64,000 nt of DNA from Muribaculaceae bacterium (GCA_017546805.1 JAFYRT010000067.1:2457-66456); one strand, 5' to 3'. Positions 46,719 to 56,773 are shown, counted from the stretch's first letter. Program-made: numbers and translations. Notes: generated by a model not told the origin, from the sequence alone.

Positions 46719-49700
46719 TTAGCATTTTGTAATTGCAATTTTCAATATAAATCCGTCAAAGTCTATGTCTGTTGCATTTTCAGGCATATTTTCAGCAACA
46801 GCAATGCTATTTGCCAAAACCTGTTTAGCTATGTATTCTCCATAAACTTCAACAGCCTTATCTGTTTCATCGTTTTTCTCAATAATAACGCAAATCTTGT
46901 CGGTAATTTCAAGACCACCTGATTTACGCATATTTTGAATACGATTAACAAGCTCGCGAGCGATACCCTCTTGTTTCAACTCATCAGTAACTGTTATGTC
47001 AAGAGCTACGGTGATATTGCCTTCGTTGGCAACCAACCATCCTGGAATATCTTCCGAGATAATCTCAACATCGTTCAATTCAACAACAGCCTCACATCCC
47101 TCAATATTGAATGTAAACGAACCGGCTTTTTCAAACATTGAAATGTCGTGTTGCTCCATGTTTGCAATAGCAGCAGCAAGTTGTTTCATGATTTTACCGT
47201 AACGTGGACCAAGTTTTTTGAAGTCAGGTTTAACTCTCTTAACCAAAATGCCTTCAGTATCGTCAACGAACTTAATCTCTTTAACGTTAACCTCGTTCAA
47301 AACAAGCTCTTTTACAGCCTCGATTTGAGAACGTTGAACGTCGCTTACAACAGGAACCATAATAGCAGTAAGAGGTTGTCTTACCTTAATGTTAACCTTG
47401 CGACGAAGTGCCAAAATCATAGAAGTCATATCTTGAGCAATCTTCATTCTCTCCTCAAGTTCTTTGTTTATAAGAGCCTCGTTGCATGCAGGGAACAAAC
47501 TCAAGTGAACCGATTTGTCGTCACGTCCTGTAGCCACAGTCAAATCAGAATACAATTTGTCTGCGAAGAAAGGAGAGATTGGAGCCATCAAAGATGCTAT
47601 AGTCTCAAGACAAGTATATAGAGTTTGGTAAGCCGAAAGTTTATCATTGTTCATGCTACCACCCCAGAAACGTTTACGGTTCAAGCGAACATACCAGTTA
47701 CTTAAGTTGTCGTTCACAAAGTCAGATATTGCACGACCGGCACGAGTAGGCTCGTAATTGTTGTAATGTTCGTCAACCTCTTTAATCAAAGAGTTCAACA
47801 ATGATATAATCCATTGGTCGATTTCGGGACGCTCATTAACAGGAATCTCTGCCTCACCGAAGTTGAAGTTGTCAACGTTGGCATACAAAGCAAAGAATGA
47901 GTATGTATTATAAAGGGTTCCGAAGAATTTACGACGAACCTCTTCAATTCCGTCAATATCAAATTTAAGGTTGTCCCATGGCGAAGCATTGGTTATCATA
48001 TACCAACGCAATGGGTCAGAACCATACTTCTCTATTGTACTGAATGGGTCAACTGCGTTGCCCAAACGTTTTGACATTTTGTTTCCATTTTTATCCAAAA
48101 CAAGACCATTAGAAACAACCGCTTTGTAAGCGATGCTGTCAAATACCATAGTACCAATAGCGTGAAGAGTAAAGAACCATCCGCGAGTTTGGTCAACACC
48201 CTCAGCAATAAAGTCTGCCGGGAATATTTTACCTTCATCGAATTGCTCTTTGTTCTCGAATGGATAGTGTATTTGAGCATATGGCATAGCACCCGAATCA
48301 AACCAAACGTCAATAAGGTCAGTTTCGCGTTTCATTGGTTTGCCACTCTCCGAAACAAGAGTTATATCGTCAACATATGGACGGTGCAAATCAATCTTGT
48401 CGTAGTTCTCCGGAGTGTAGTCTCCCGGCACAAAACCTACAACTCTGTATGGGTTCTCTGTCATAACACCGGCTGCAACAGCTTTGTCAATTTCGTTGTA
48501 AAGTTCTTCAACAGAGCCTATGCAAATCTCTTCACCCTCTTCGCTACGCCAAATGGGTAGGGGAGTACCCCAGAAACGGCTACGAGACAAGTTCCAATCG
48601 TTAAGATTCTCCAACCATTTTCCAAAACGTCCTGTACCTGTAGATTCGGGTTTCCAGTTGATTGATTTGTTCAATTCGCTCATGCGCTCTTTGCAAGCAG
48701 TAGAACGAATAAACCAGCTATCCAAAGGATAGTATAGGACAGGTTTGTCGGTACGCCAACAGTGAGGATAGTTGTGAACATGTTTCTCAATTTTGAAAGC
48801 TTTATCCGAAGCCTTCATCATCATACATATTGCAACATCCAAAGTCTCGTCTTTATCTGTTAGGTTGGCATCATATGCGTTCTTAACAAATTTACCTTCA
48901 AACTCTTTATAAAGTTCAACGTTTACGCAGTTTTTAACAAACTCCTCGTCAAGTTCCTCTGTTAAATAGAATTTACCTGAAAGGTCAACCATTGGACGAG
49001 TTTCTCCTTTTTTGTTAATCATGTGCAAAGGAGGAATACCTGCAGCTTTAGCAACAAATGCGTCATCAGCACCAAATGTAGGAGCGATGTGAACTATACC
49101 TGTACCATCTTCTGTTGTAACATAGTCTCCGGGAATAACTCTGAAAGCATTCTCTCCTGGGTTAACCCAAGGAATAAGTTGCTCATATTTCATACCAACA
49201 AGGTCGCTACCTTTGTATTCTGCAATAATACGATAAGGAACAACTTTGTCTCCTTGTTTGTACTCTTCCATTGCAACCTCAGCGCCTTTGGGGTTGAAGT
49301 GTGCACCAACAAGAGCTTTAGCAAGAACAACAGTCATAGGTTTGCCTGTATAAGAGTTGTATGTCTCAATGGCAACATAGTCAATTTTGTTACCAACGCA
49401 CAATGCAGTGTTCGAAGGCAATGTCCATGGAGTAGTTGTCCAAGCCAAGAAGTAGGGGGTTCCCCATTTTGTCATCTCCTCTTTAGGATCAACAATCTTG
49501 AATTGAGCAACAACTGTTGTGTCTTTAACGTCGCGATAACAACCGGGTTGGTTCAACTCGTGAGAGCTCAAACCTGTACCTGCTGCAGGCGAGTATGGTT
49601 GAATAGTGTAACCTTTGTAGAGTAAATCTTTGTTGTATAGTTGTTTCAATAGCCACCAAAGAGTCTCAATATATCTGTTGTCGTATGTGATATATGGATC

Positions 49701-50141
49701 GTTCATGTCAACCCAATATCCCATTTTGTGAGTAAGGTCTTCCCATTCACGAGTATATTTCATAACCTCTTTGCGACAAGCTGCGTTATACTCGGCAACA
49801 GATATTGTTTTGCCAATATCCTCTTTAGTGATACCAAGAAGTTTTTCAACACCAAGTTCAACTGGCAAACCGTGGGTATCCCAACCGGCTTTACGTTTAA
49901 CTTGAAAACCTTTCATGGTTTTGTAACGGCAGAAAATATCTTTGATAGAACGAGCCATTACGTGGTGAATACCGGGCATACCATTTGCCGAAGGAGGACC
50001 TTCGAAAAATACAAATGAAGGAGCGCCCTCTCTTAATTCGTAACTCTTGGCGAAAACACCCTCGTTATCCCATTTTTTAAGGATCTCTTTATTTATTTCC
50101 GATAGGTCGAATTTGTTGTATTCAGTAAATTTCTTTTGCAT
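46719..50141 (-). CDS. ileS: Isoleucine--tRNA ligase (long, type 2 form)
   Basis: 1140 aa. It has the HIGH-type motif (PSANGMPGIHH) and KMSKRLGN. Confidence 0.97.
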   Translation of the reverse strand: MQKKFTEYNKFDLSEINKEILKKWDNEGVFAKSYELREGAPSFVFFEGPPSANGMPGIHHVMARSIKDIFCRYKTMKGFQVKRKAGWDTHGLPVELGVEKLLGITKEDIGKTISVAEYNAACRKEVMKYTREWEDLTHKMGYWVDMNDPYITYDNRYIETLWWLLKQLYNKDLLYKGYTIQPYSPAAGTGLSSHELNQPGCYRDVKDTTVVAQFKIVDPKEEMTKWGTPYFLAWTTTPWTLPSNTALCVGNKIDYVAIETYNSYTGKPMTVVLAKALVGAHFNPKGAEVAMEEYKQGDKVVPYRIIAEYKGSDLVGMKYEQLIPWVNPGENAFRVIPGDYVTTEDGTGIVHIAPTFGADDAFVAKAAGIPPLHMINKKGETRPMVDLSGKFYLTEELDEEFVKNCVNVELYKEFEGKFVKNAYDANLTDKDETLDVAICMMMKASDKAFKIEKHVHNYPHCWRTDKPVLYYPLDSWFIRSTACKERMSELNKSINWKPESTGTGRFGKWLENLNDWNLSRSRFWGTPLPIWRSEEGEEICIGSVEELYNEIDKAVAAGVMTENPYRVVGFVPGDYTPENYDKIDLHRPYVDDITLVSESGKPMKRETDLIDVWFDSGAMPYAQIHYPFENKEQFDEGKIFPADFIAEGVDQTRGWFFTLHAIGTMVFDSIAYKAVVSNGLVLDKNGNKMSKRLGNAVDPFSTIEKYGSDPLRWYMITNASPWDNLKFDIDGIEEVRRKFFGTLYNTYSFFALYANVDNFNFGEAEIPVNERPEIDQWIISLLNSLIKEVDEHYNNYEPTRAGRAISDFVNDNLSNWYVRLNRKRFWGGSMNNDKLSAYQTLYTCLETIASLMAPISPFFADKLYSDLTVATGRDDKSVHLSLFPACNEALINKELEERMKIAQDMTSMILALRRKVNIKVRQPLTAIMVPVVSDVQRSQIEAVKELVLNEVNVKEIKFVDDTEGILVKRVKPDFKKLGPRYGKIMKQLAAAIANMEQHDISMFEKAGSFTFNIEGCEAVVELNDVEIISEDIPGWLVANEGNITVALDITVTDELKQEGIARELVNRIQNMRKSGGLEITDKICVIIEKNDETDKAVEVYGEYIAKQVLANSIAVAENMPENATDIDFDGFILKIAITKC

Positions 50142-50178
50142 AATATTGTGTTTCTTTGAAATTTCTAAAATTAAGCTA

Positions 50179-50186
50179 CAAAAATA
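50179..50186 (-). promoter_or_regulatory. -7 box TATTTTTG (minus strand) for ileS
   Basis: Plus-strand caaaaata. It lies 38 nt upstream of the ATG at 50141. Confidence 0.4.
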
Positions 50187-50219
50187 CTCTTTTTCAGCCT
50201 AAAATGCAAGAAAATATCA

Positions 50220-50241
50220 CTTAGTTTTTGCTTAGTTTTTG
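50220..50241. repeat. Tandem 11-mer CTTAGTTTTTG x2 upstream of the ileS promoter box
   Basis: It is a perfect direct duplication. The related TTAGTTTTTAG occurs twice at 57365-57405. Confidence 0.7.
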
Positions 50242-50320
50242 CCTTTTGTGTGTTAGATGCAAGAAAGGATGAAAAGTTCTTTCCGCCCTTCTTTTGTTGG
50301 TTGTTTTATTTTTTTTTGTG

Positions 50321-51772
50321 TTAATATCGGTTTTTAAACATCATTTTAATAAACCAACCACCGCACAAAACGGAAACGATAATGCTTAAGATTACCGATA
50401 GATTATACTCCAATCCTGCTCCGGCAGGAGAGAATAGTATAAATGCAGTTGTTATGCTTATCATAAACATTGCAGGAATAAATGCTATAATCCACCATAA
50501 GCCCTTTCTCTCTTTTTGAAGAAAAATAGATATTGCCCACAGAGTGAATACTGCAAGAACTTGATTACTCCATGCAAAGTAGCGCCAGATGATTTCAAAA
50601 CCGTTTTTGTCCAAAAGGCTGAATAATAAAATCGCGATAGTTATGGCAAACAAAGGAATAGATATCGCCAATCTCCTTTTTAAACTCTTTTGCTCAACTT
50701 TAAGAAAATCAGCAACAATAAGTCGTGCAGAGCGTAGAGCCGTGTCGCCTGTAGATATTGGGGCTGCTATAACCCCTAATATGGCAAGAAATCCACCGGT
50801 TGCACCCAGCCACTTGTGCGATATGATATTGGTTATTGTTGCGGCATTGGAATTGACACTGTCGTCTGTGATGCCAAAAAACTCTTGACCTTCAGGCGAG
50901 AAGAAATATGTTGCGGCAGCAGCCCAAATAACAGCAACAATACCTTCGGTAATCATTGCTCCAAAAAATATAGATTTCCCCTGTGATTCGCTTTTCATGC
51001 AGCGAGCCATAAGGGGCGATTGAGTTGCGTGGAATCCCGATATTGCACCACATGCAATGCTTACAAACATCATGGGAAAAATAGGATTTGCTTCAGGGTC
51101 TGGATTCATGTTTTTAAAGGATTCGCTTATTTCAGGAATATTTGGGTTCTTTACGACCATATAGCCAAGTATGCCTAAAGCCATAAATAGTAGAGCAAAT
51201 CCAAATACAGGATACACCTTGCCTATGATTTTGTTAACAGGAAGCAGGGTTGCTATAATGTAGTATGCAAAAATTATGTATATCCAAAATGTGGCATCCA
51301 AATAGTTGGGGGTAAGAACAGCTAAAAGATTTGCAGGACCCGATGTAAAAACAGCACCAACAATAACCAATAGGAATATTGTGAATATTCGCATAAAAAA
51401 TTGTGCATTTTTGCCCAAATATCTACCTATGGTTGTAGGTAGTCCTTCGCCATTGTTTCTTAACGAAATCATGCCGGCAAAGTAGTCGTGCATAGCCCCC
51501 GCAAATATACATCCGAATACAATCCAAAGGAACGAGGCTGAACCAAATTTGGCTCCCATTATGGCACCGAATACAGGTCCTAATCCGGCAATGTTTAAGA
51601 ATTGAATCAGAAATATTTTCCACTTAGGCATAACTATATAATCAACTCCGTCGGGGTGTGCAACAGCAGGAGTTTTTATATTGCTGTCTGCTCCAAAAAT
51701 GCGTTCACAGAGTCTGCCGTAAATGAAGTATGCTGCAATTAAAATGGTAAGAGATATGTAAAAAGTTATCAT
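50321..51772 (-). CDS. cstA: Carbon starvation protein CstA family transporter
   Basis: 483 aa, polytopic. The N-terminus ...PAVAHPDGVDYIVMPKWKIFLIQFLNIAGLGPVFGAIMGAKFG is typical of CstA. Confidence 0.88.
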   Translation of the reverse strand: MITFYISLTILIAAYFIYGRLCERIFGADSNIKTPAVAHPDGVDYIVMPKWKIFLIQFLNIAGLGPVFGAIMGAKFGSASFLWIVFGCIFAGAMHDYFAGMISLRNNGEGLPTTIGRYLGKNAQFFMRIFTIFLLVIVGAVFTSGPANLLAVLTPNYLDATFWIYIIFAYYIIATLLPVNKIIGKVYPVFGFALLFMALGILGYMVVKNPNIPEISESFKNMNPDPEANPIFPMMFVSIACGAISGFHATQSPLMARCMKSESQGKSIFFGAMITEGIVAVIWAAAATYFFSPEGQEFFGITDDSVNSNAATITNIISHKWLGATGGFLAILGVIAAPISTGDTALRSARLIVADFLKVEQKSLKRRLAISIPLFAITIAILLFSLLDKNGFEIIWRYFAWSNQVLAVFTLWAISIFLQKERKGLWWIIAFIPAMFMISITTAFILFSPAGAGLEYNLSVILSIIVSVLCGGWFIKMMFKNRY

Positions 51773-51911
51773 AGCATCTAATTAAATAAACACATAAGCT
51801 GAGTGTATTATGGTTTATTACAATTTTGGTTGTTTAAATCATTGATTTGTAATACATAAAACATTATTATATAATTCTTTTGTTTAATATTTATTTATAA
51901 GAAATAAATAT

Positions 51912-53471
51912 CTATTTTAAGTTTAAGTGAGTCGCTAAACTTTCAGCACAACGCTCTCCGTCAATTGCTGCAGAAACAATGCCTCCTGCATATCCGGCAC
52001 CCTCTCCGCATGGGAATAATCCTTCCAATCTTATGTGTTGAAGATTGTCAATATTTCGAGGAATTCTTACGGGTGAAGATGTACGAGTTTCAACTCCAAT
52101 CATCAAAGCTTCGTTAGTTAAAAATCCGTGAGCTTTTCGCCCAAATTGTTCGAACCCGCCTTTCAATCTTTCGCTGATAAATTTGGGCATCCAAAAGTGT
52201 AGGGGAGAAGATATGACGCCCGGAGTATATGATGTTGAGGGAAGTGTTGAAGATAGTCTTCCTCTGACAAAATCTTCCATTCTTTGAGCAGGTGCAGTTT
52301 GACCTTTTCCGTTTGCAAAACAGGTGGCTTCCAATCTCTCTTGGAACTCCAAACCTGCCAATATGCCGGTGAATCCCTCCTTGGTTAAATCTTCAGGGTG
52401 AATCTCAACTACCATACCTGAGTTTCCCCATTTCGAACCTCTGTTTGATGGAGACATGCCGTTTACGACAATTTGGTTCTCTCCACTTGCGGCAGGAACC
52501 ACAAAACCTCCGGGGCACATGCAGAATGAATATACTCCGCGTTCTTTAACTTGTGTAACAAAAGCATATTCGGCTGCAGGCAGATATTCGCCTCTTCCGT
52601 TTTTACTGTGATACTGAATACAATCCAATAGTCGTTGAGGGTGTTCCAGTCTCACACCAACAGCAAAGCCTTTGGCTTCGAGTTCAAAGTTTTCCTTATG
52701 CAGATAGCGATAAACATCTCTTGCAGAGTGTCCTGTAGCAAGGATAACATCCCCTAAGAACTCGCTGCCATCTTCGCAGATAATACCTTTTACGCAATTG
52801 TCTTTAACAATAAGCTTGGTCATTTTCTTTTCAAAATGAACCTCTCCACCCGATGCAATAATTTGGTTTCTTATGCTCTCAATAACCTTTGGCAACTTAT
52901 CTGTGCCAATATGAGGGTGAGCATCTGAAAGAATAGTTTCAGATGCGCCAAATTGGCAAAGAATATTTAAGATTCTCTCAACAGAACCTCTTTTTTTACT
53001 GCGAGTGTATAGTTTTCCGTCGGAGTATGCACCGGCACCACCTTCGCCAAACGAGTAGTTCGACTCTCCGTTGACTTTGTGCTCTCGACTAATTAGGGCT
53101 ATATCCTTTCTTCTTGCATGAACATCCTTTCCTCGTTCAATCAATATTGGTTTTATGCCAAGTTCAATAAGGCGTAGCGAAGCAAACAGTCCGGCAGGTC
53201 CTGCACCCACAACAACTGCGCTTCTGCATTTTGAAACATCTTGATATTCTCTGCGTTCAAAAGCTTCGTTCTTAGGCTCTTCGCCACAATAAACCCTTAC
53301 ACGCAGATTAACAAAGATAGTCGATTTACGAGCATCAATAGAACGTTTAAGAACTCTTATGGCATTTATGCTTTTGGCGTTAATGCCACACTCTCTTTCA
53401 ATATAAAGTTTAAGTTCATTCTCTAAAGCGGCAACTTTAGGGAATACCCTTATATCAATATCTCTAACCAT
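51912..53471 (-). CDS. FAD-dependent oxidoreductase (COG2509-type NAD(FAD)-utilizing dehydrogenase)
   Basis: 519 aa. It has the dinucleotide fold VVVGAGPAGLFAS and a C-terminal EGAGYAGGIVSAAIDG. Confidence 0.78.
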   Translation of the reverse strand: MVRDIDIRVFPKVAALENELKLYIERECGINAKSINAIRVLKRSIDARKSTIFVNLRVRVYCGEEPKNEAFERREYQDVSKCRSAVVVGAGPAGLFASLRLIELGIKPILIERGKDVHARRKDIALISREHKVNGESNYSFGEGGAGAYSDGKLYTRSKKRGSVERILNILCQFGASETILSDAHPHIGTDKLPKVIESIRNQIIASGGEVHFEKKMTKLIVKDNCVKGIICEDGSEFLGDVILATGHSARDVYRYLHKENFELEAKGFAVGVRLEHPQRLLDCIQYHSKNGRGEYLPAAEYAFVTQVKERGVYSFCMCPGGFVVPAASGENQIVVNGMSPSNRGSKWGNSGMVVEIHPEDLTKEGFTGILAGLEFQERLEATCFANGKGQTAPAQRMEDFVRGRLSSTLPSTSYTPGVISSPLHFWMPKFISERLKGGFEQFGRKAHGFLTNEALMIGVETRTSSPVRIPRNIDNLQHIRLEGLFPCGEGAGYAGGIVSAAIDGERCAESLATHLNLK

Positions 53472-53477
53472 ATAATC

Positions 53478-54854
53478 CTATCCAAAAAGTTGGCGGAAAG
53501 CCTCTTCGACTTTTCTCACCTCTAAAATTTTTATCGATAATTTACTCTTGTCAAAACCTTTAAGGTTGTCGGCAGGAATAATAATCTTCTTGAAACCTAA
53601 TTTATCCGCCTCCGAAATACGTTGCTCAATTCTGTTAACAGCTCTTATTTCGCCTGATAGACCAACCTCTCCTGTCATGCAAACACCGCTATCCACAGCA
53701 ATATCCATATTCGACGAAAGAATAGCACTTATAACCGCCAAATCCATGGCAGGGTCGTTAACCTTAAGACCTCCGGCAATGTTGAGGAAAACATCTTTTT
53801 GAGCAAGTTTAAAGCCTACTCGTTTCTCCAAAACGGCAAGGAGCATGTTCATACGTTTGGCATCAAATCCGGTTGCCGAACGTTGTGGAGTACCATAAAC
53901 AGCACTGCTAACAAGCGATTGAGTCTCAATCAAGAAAGGTCTTGCGCCCTCAATGGCAACAGCAGTGGCAACACCACTCATGCCTGCATGAGATTGAGAA
54001 AGTAGTAGCTCTGATGGATTTTCCACTGCACGCAAACCATCTTGACGCATCTCGTAAATACCCAATTCCGATGTATTTCCAAAGCGGTTCTTAATAGAAC
54101 GTAAGATTCTGTACATATAGTGGCGATCACCCTCAAACTGAAGAACTGCATCAACAATATGTTCCAGAACCTTTGGCCCTGCAATGCTACCCTCTTTATT
54201 GATATGGCCAATAACAATAACAGGAGTGTTGCTCTCCTTGGCATATTTCAAGATAGCTGCAGCACACTCTCTTACTTGAGCCACACTGCCTACCGACGAT
54301 TCCAATACATCTGTCGAAATGGTTTGTATGGAGTCTATTATAAGGAGTTGTGGCTCAACGTTTTTTATGTGAGTAAAGATACCCTCCAAAGAGGTGTCGC
54401 AAACAATATAACATTCACTATCGGCACAGCCAATTCTCTCTGCTCTCATTTTAAGTTGGCGAGCGCTCTCTTCTCCCGAAACATAAAGAGTTTTTACCCC
54501 TTTCAAACGGAGAATGGTTTGCAGAATAAGAGTGGATTTACCAATGCCGGGTTCTCCGCCAATTAACACCATCGACCCCGAAACAATACCTCCACCCAAA
54601 ACACGATTAAACTCGCTGTCTCCCATGTCCATTCTAACCTCTTCGGTGGTTTTAATTTCTTGAATAAGGGTAGGCTTAATTTTTTTAGAATTGTCTCCAA
54701 ATACTTCGGCTTTACCACCTGATGATTTTGTGCTTACAATCTCCTCGACATACGAGTTCCACTCACCGCAGGCAGGACATTTACCTAGCCATTTTGGAGA
54801 GTCGGCACCACAAGCCGAGCAAACATATATAGTTTTGTTTTTTGCCATAATCAA
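53478..54854 (-). CDS. radA: DNA repair protein RadA/Sms
   Basis: 458 aa. It has the Zn finger CSACGADSPKWLGKCPACGEW, Walker A GGEPGIGKST, KNRFG and a Lon-like C-terminus. The start may be the Met at 54848. Confidence 0.95.
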   Translation of the reverse strand: MIMAKNKTIYVCSACGADSPKWLGKCPACGEWNSYVEEIVSTKSSGGKAEVFGDNSKKIKPTLIQEIKTTEEVRMDMGDSEFNRVLGGGIVSGSMVLIGGEPGIGKSTLILQTILRLKGVKTLYVSGEESARQLKMRAERIGCADSECYIVCDTSLEGIFTHIKNVEPQLLIIDSIQTISTDVLESSVGSVAQVRECAAAILKYAKESNTPVIVIGHINKEGSIAGPKVLEHIVDAVLQFEGDRHYMYRILRSIKNRFGNTSELGIYEMRQDGLRAVENPSELLLSQSHAGMSGVATAVAIEGARPFLIETQSLVSSAVYGTPQRSATGFDAKRMNMLLAVLEKRVGFKLAQKDVFLNIAGGLKVNDPAMDLAVISAILSSNMDIAVDSGVCMTGEVGLSGEIRAVNRIEQRISEADKLGFKKIIIPADNLKGFDKSKLSIKILEVRKVEEAFRQLFG

Positions 54855-54887
54855 AAATTATCCTAATTTCTTGGAATCTATTCTTTG

Positions 54888-54895
54888 CAAAGATA
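54888..54895 (-). promoter_or_regulatory. -7 box TATCTTTG (minus strand) for radA, inside the 12-bp palindrome TCTTTGCAAAGA
   Basis: Plus-strand caaagata. It lies 34-40 nt upstream of the radA start. Confidence 0.45.
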
Positions 54896-54896
54896 C

Positions 54897-55032
54897 GAAT
54901 AAGCGAGCGAGAAATATCAAGTTTACTTGAATATTTTTCACAGCGAGCGAGAGTATCTTCGAGGTTTCCTCAAAGATAAAAGAATAAGCGAGCGAGAAAT
55001 ATCAAGTTTACTTGAATATTTTTCACAGCGAG
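54897..55032 (+). repeat. Two identical 51-bp direct repeats (54897-54947 and 54982-55032) with an 85-bp period
   Basis: The unit gaataagcgagcgagaaatatcaagtttacttgaatatttttcacagcgag occurs twice. Each copy contains the hairpin aaatatcaag-ttta-cttgaatattt followed by T-rich sequence. Confidence 0.9.
54950..54978. repeat. Palindromic element agagTATCTTCGAGGTTTCCTCAAAGATA, copy 1
   Basis: It forms a 10-bp hairpin with one mismatch. It carries a -7-like box on each strand: TATCTTCG on plus and TATCTTTG on minus. Confidence 0.8.
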
Positions 55033-55123
55033 AGCATTTTAAGGTAATTGCAAAGCAATTAAAATTGACTAAATGTCAATTTGTGCGTTAAAATGGGGAG
55101 TGCAGTGCCCTGCACGACGGAGT

Positions 55124-55153
55124 AGAGTATCTTCGAGGTTTCCCTCAAAGATA
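55124..55153. repeat. The same palindromic element, copy 2, with one extra C
   Basis: The sequence is agagtatcttcgaggtttccctcaaagata, about 174 bp downstream of copy 1. Confidence 0.8.
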
Positions 55154-55166
55154 GAAACAATTATAT

Positions 55167-55174
55167 TATCTTTG
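55167..55174 (+). promoter_or_regulatory. -7 box TATCTTTG for the sulfatase gene
   Basis: Exact TAnnTTTG match, 22 nt upstream of the ATG at 55196. Confidence 0.45.
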
Positions 55175-55195
55175 CGGTAAAATGATATATATCTT

Positions 55196-56719
55196 ATGCA
55201 AAGAAAGAATCTGTTATGGACAATATTGCCATTAGTGGCATCATGTACAACACAAGAAGAGGCACAAAAACCGAATATCATATATATAATGTGCGATGAT
55301 TTGGGGTATAACGACTTGGCTTGTTACGGACAGCAATATATAAACACTCCCAATCTTGACAGAATGGCAAGTGAGGGAATGCGATTTACGCAAGCCTATG
55401 CAGGAAGCCCTGTAAGTGCGCCATCACGAGCATCGTTTATGACAGGACAGCATACAGGACACACCGAGGTGCGTGGAAATAAAGAGTATTGGCGCGATGT
55501 GCCAATGATTGAGATGGGGGTAAACGAAGAGTTTAGTCTTGTGGGACAACATCCATACGATCCAAATCATGTTATCTTGCCTGAGATAATGAAAGACAAT
55601 GGTTACACAACGGGAATGTTTGGAAAGTGGGCAGGAGGATATGAAGGTTCTGTGTCAACACCCGACAAACGAGGTATAGATGAGTATTACGGATATGTTT
55701 GTCAATATCAAGCGCATCTATACTATCCTAATTTCTTAAACAGTTATAGTCGTTCAAAAGGAGATGAGGCGGTTGAACGTATTGTGTTGGAGGAGAATAT
55801 ACAACATCCACAACATGGCGAAGGGTATGAAAAACGTACGCAGTACTCTGCAGATATGATACATCAAAAAGCTTTGGCTTGGATTGATGCTCAAGACGGC
55901 AAACAACCATTCTTCGGAGTCTTCACATATACACTACCACATGCCGAGTTGGTGCAACCACAAGATAGCATAGTAGAATATTATAAAGAAAAATTCACAG
56001 AAGATACAGATTGGATATCGCCACATTGGAGTCGATATAATACGGCACTTAATGCACATGCTCAATTTGCAGCAATGGTAACGCGCCTCGACAGCTATGT
56101 AGGTGAAGTATTATCAAAACTAAAAGAGAAGGGATTTGATAAAAACACATTGGTAATCTTTACAAGTGATAACGGACCACACATGGAGGGAGGAGCAGAT
56201 CCCGATTTCTTTGGCTATAATGCAATTCTACGAGGAACAAAGCGACAAACTCACGAAGGAGGAGTCAGAGTCCCGTTTATAGCGTGGTGGCCAGGGCAAG
56301 TACCCGCAGGAGTTGTAAATGAACATCAATTAGCCTTTTACGATATAATGCCCACTTTCTGTGAATTGGCAAACGTAGAAGATTATGAAGAAACCTATGC
56401 AAACCCAACAAAAGATACAGACTATTTTGACGGACTATCTTTTGCTCCAACACTATTAGGAAAAGAGGGGCAACAAGCGCACGACTTCCTATATTGGGAA
56501 TTTGAAGAGACTAATCAGGTGGCAGTACGTATGGGAGATTGGAAAATGGTATCAGAGGCAGGAGTACCCCGATTGTATAACCTTGCTGTAGATGTTCACG
56601 AAGATAATAATATCGCAGCCGATCATCCCGACATCGTTAAGAAGATGGTCGAAATAGCATATTCGCAACACACCGAAAGCCCATACTTTAAAGTTACAAT
56701 GCCAATAATAGAAGAGTAG
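55196..56719 (+). CDS. Sulfatase (arylsulfatase / N-acetylhexosamine-sulfatase-like), Ser-type
   Basis: 507 aa. It has the N-terminal metal site IIYIMCDDLGYNDL. The formylglycine motif reads S-A-P-S-R-ASFMTG, with Ser in place of Cys, so maturation by an anaerobic sulfatase-maturing enzyme is expected. None is present in the window. Confidence 0.88.
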   Translation: MQRKNLLWTILPLVASCTTQEEAQKPNIIYIMCDDLGYNDLACYGQQYINTPNLDRMASEGMRFTQAYAGSPVSAPSRASFMTGQHTGHTEVRGNKEYWRDVPMIEMGVNEEFSLVGQHPYDPNHVILPEIMKDNGYTTGMFGKWAGGYEGSVSTPDKRGIDEYYGYVCQYQAHLYYPNFLNSYSRSKGDEAVERIVLEENIQHPQHGEGYEKRTQYSADMIHQKALAWIDAQDGKQPFFGVFTYTLPHAELVQPQDSIVEYYKEKFTEDTDWISPHWSRYNTALNAHAQFAAMVTRLDSYVGEVLSKLKEKGFDKNTLVIFTSDNGPHMEGGADPDFFGYNAILRGTKRQTHEGGVRVPFIAWWPGQVPAGVVNEHQLAFYDIMPTFCELANVEDYEETYANPTKDTDYFDGLSFAPTLLGKEGQQAHDFLYWEFEETNQVAVRMGDWKMVSEAGVPRLYNLAVDVHEDNNIAADHPDIVKKMVEIAYSQHTESPYFKVTMPIIEE

Positions 56720-56745
56720 ATACGAGATAATTAAAAATTAAGAAC

Positions 56746-56753
56746 TACATTTG
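56746..56753 (+). promoter_or_regulatory. -7 box TACATTTG upstream of the small T9SS protein gene
   Basis: Exact TAnnTTTG match, 21 nt upstream of the ATG at 56774. Confidence 0.4.
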
Positions 56754-56773
56754 TAATAAATAAGAATAAAATT

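Noticed and set aside
47148-49625. Plus-strand ORFs of 157, 132 and 200 aa inside ileS
   Set aside because: They are antisense to a fully conserved 1140-aa ileS frame. Their products are Cys/Asn/Phe-rich compositional artefacts.
54897-55032. Possible CRISPR array (identical direct repeats with a spacer)
   Set aside because: There are only two copies. The repeat is 51 bp and the spacer 34 bp, which does not fit CRISPR geometry, and there are no cas genes or leader. I interpret it as a tandem duplication or small regulatory unit.
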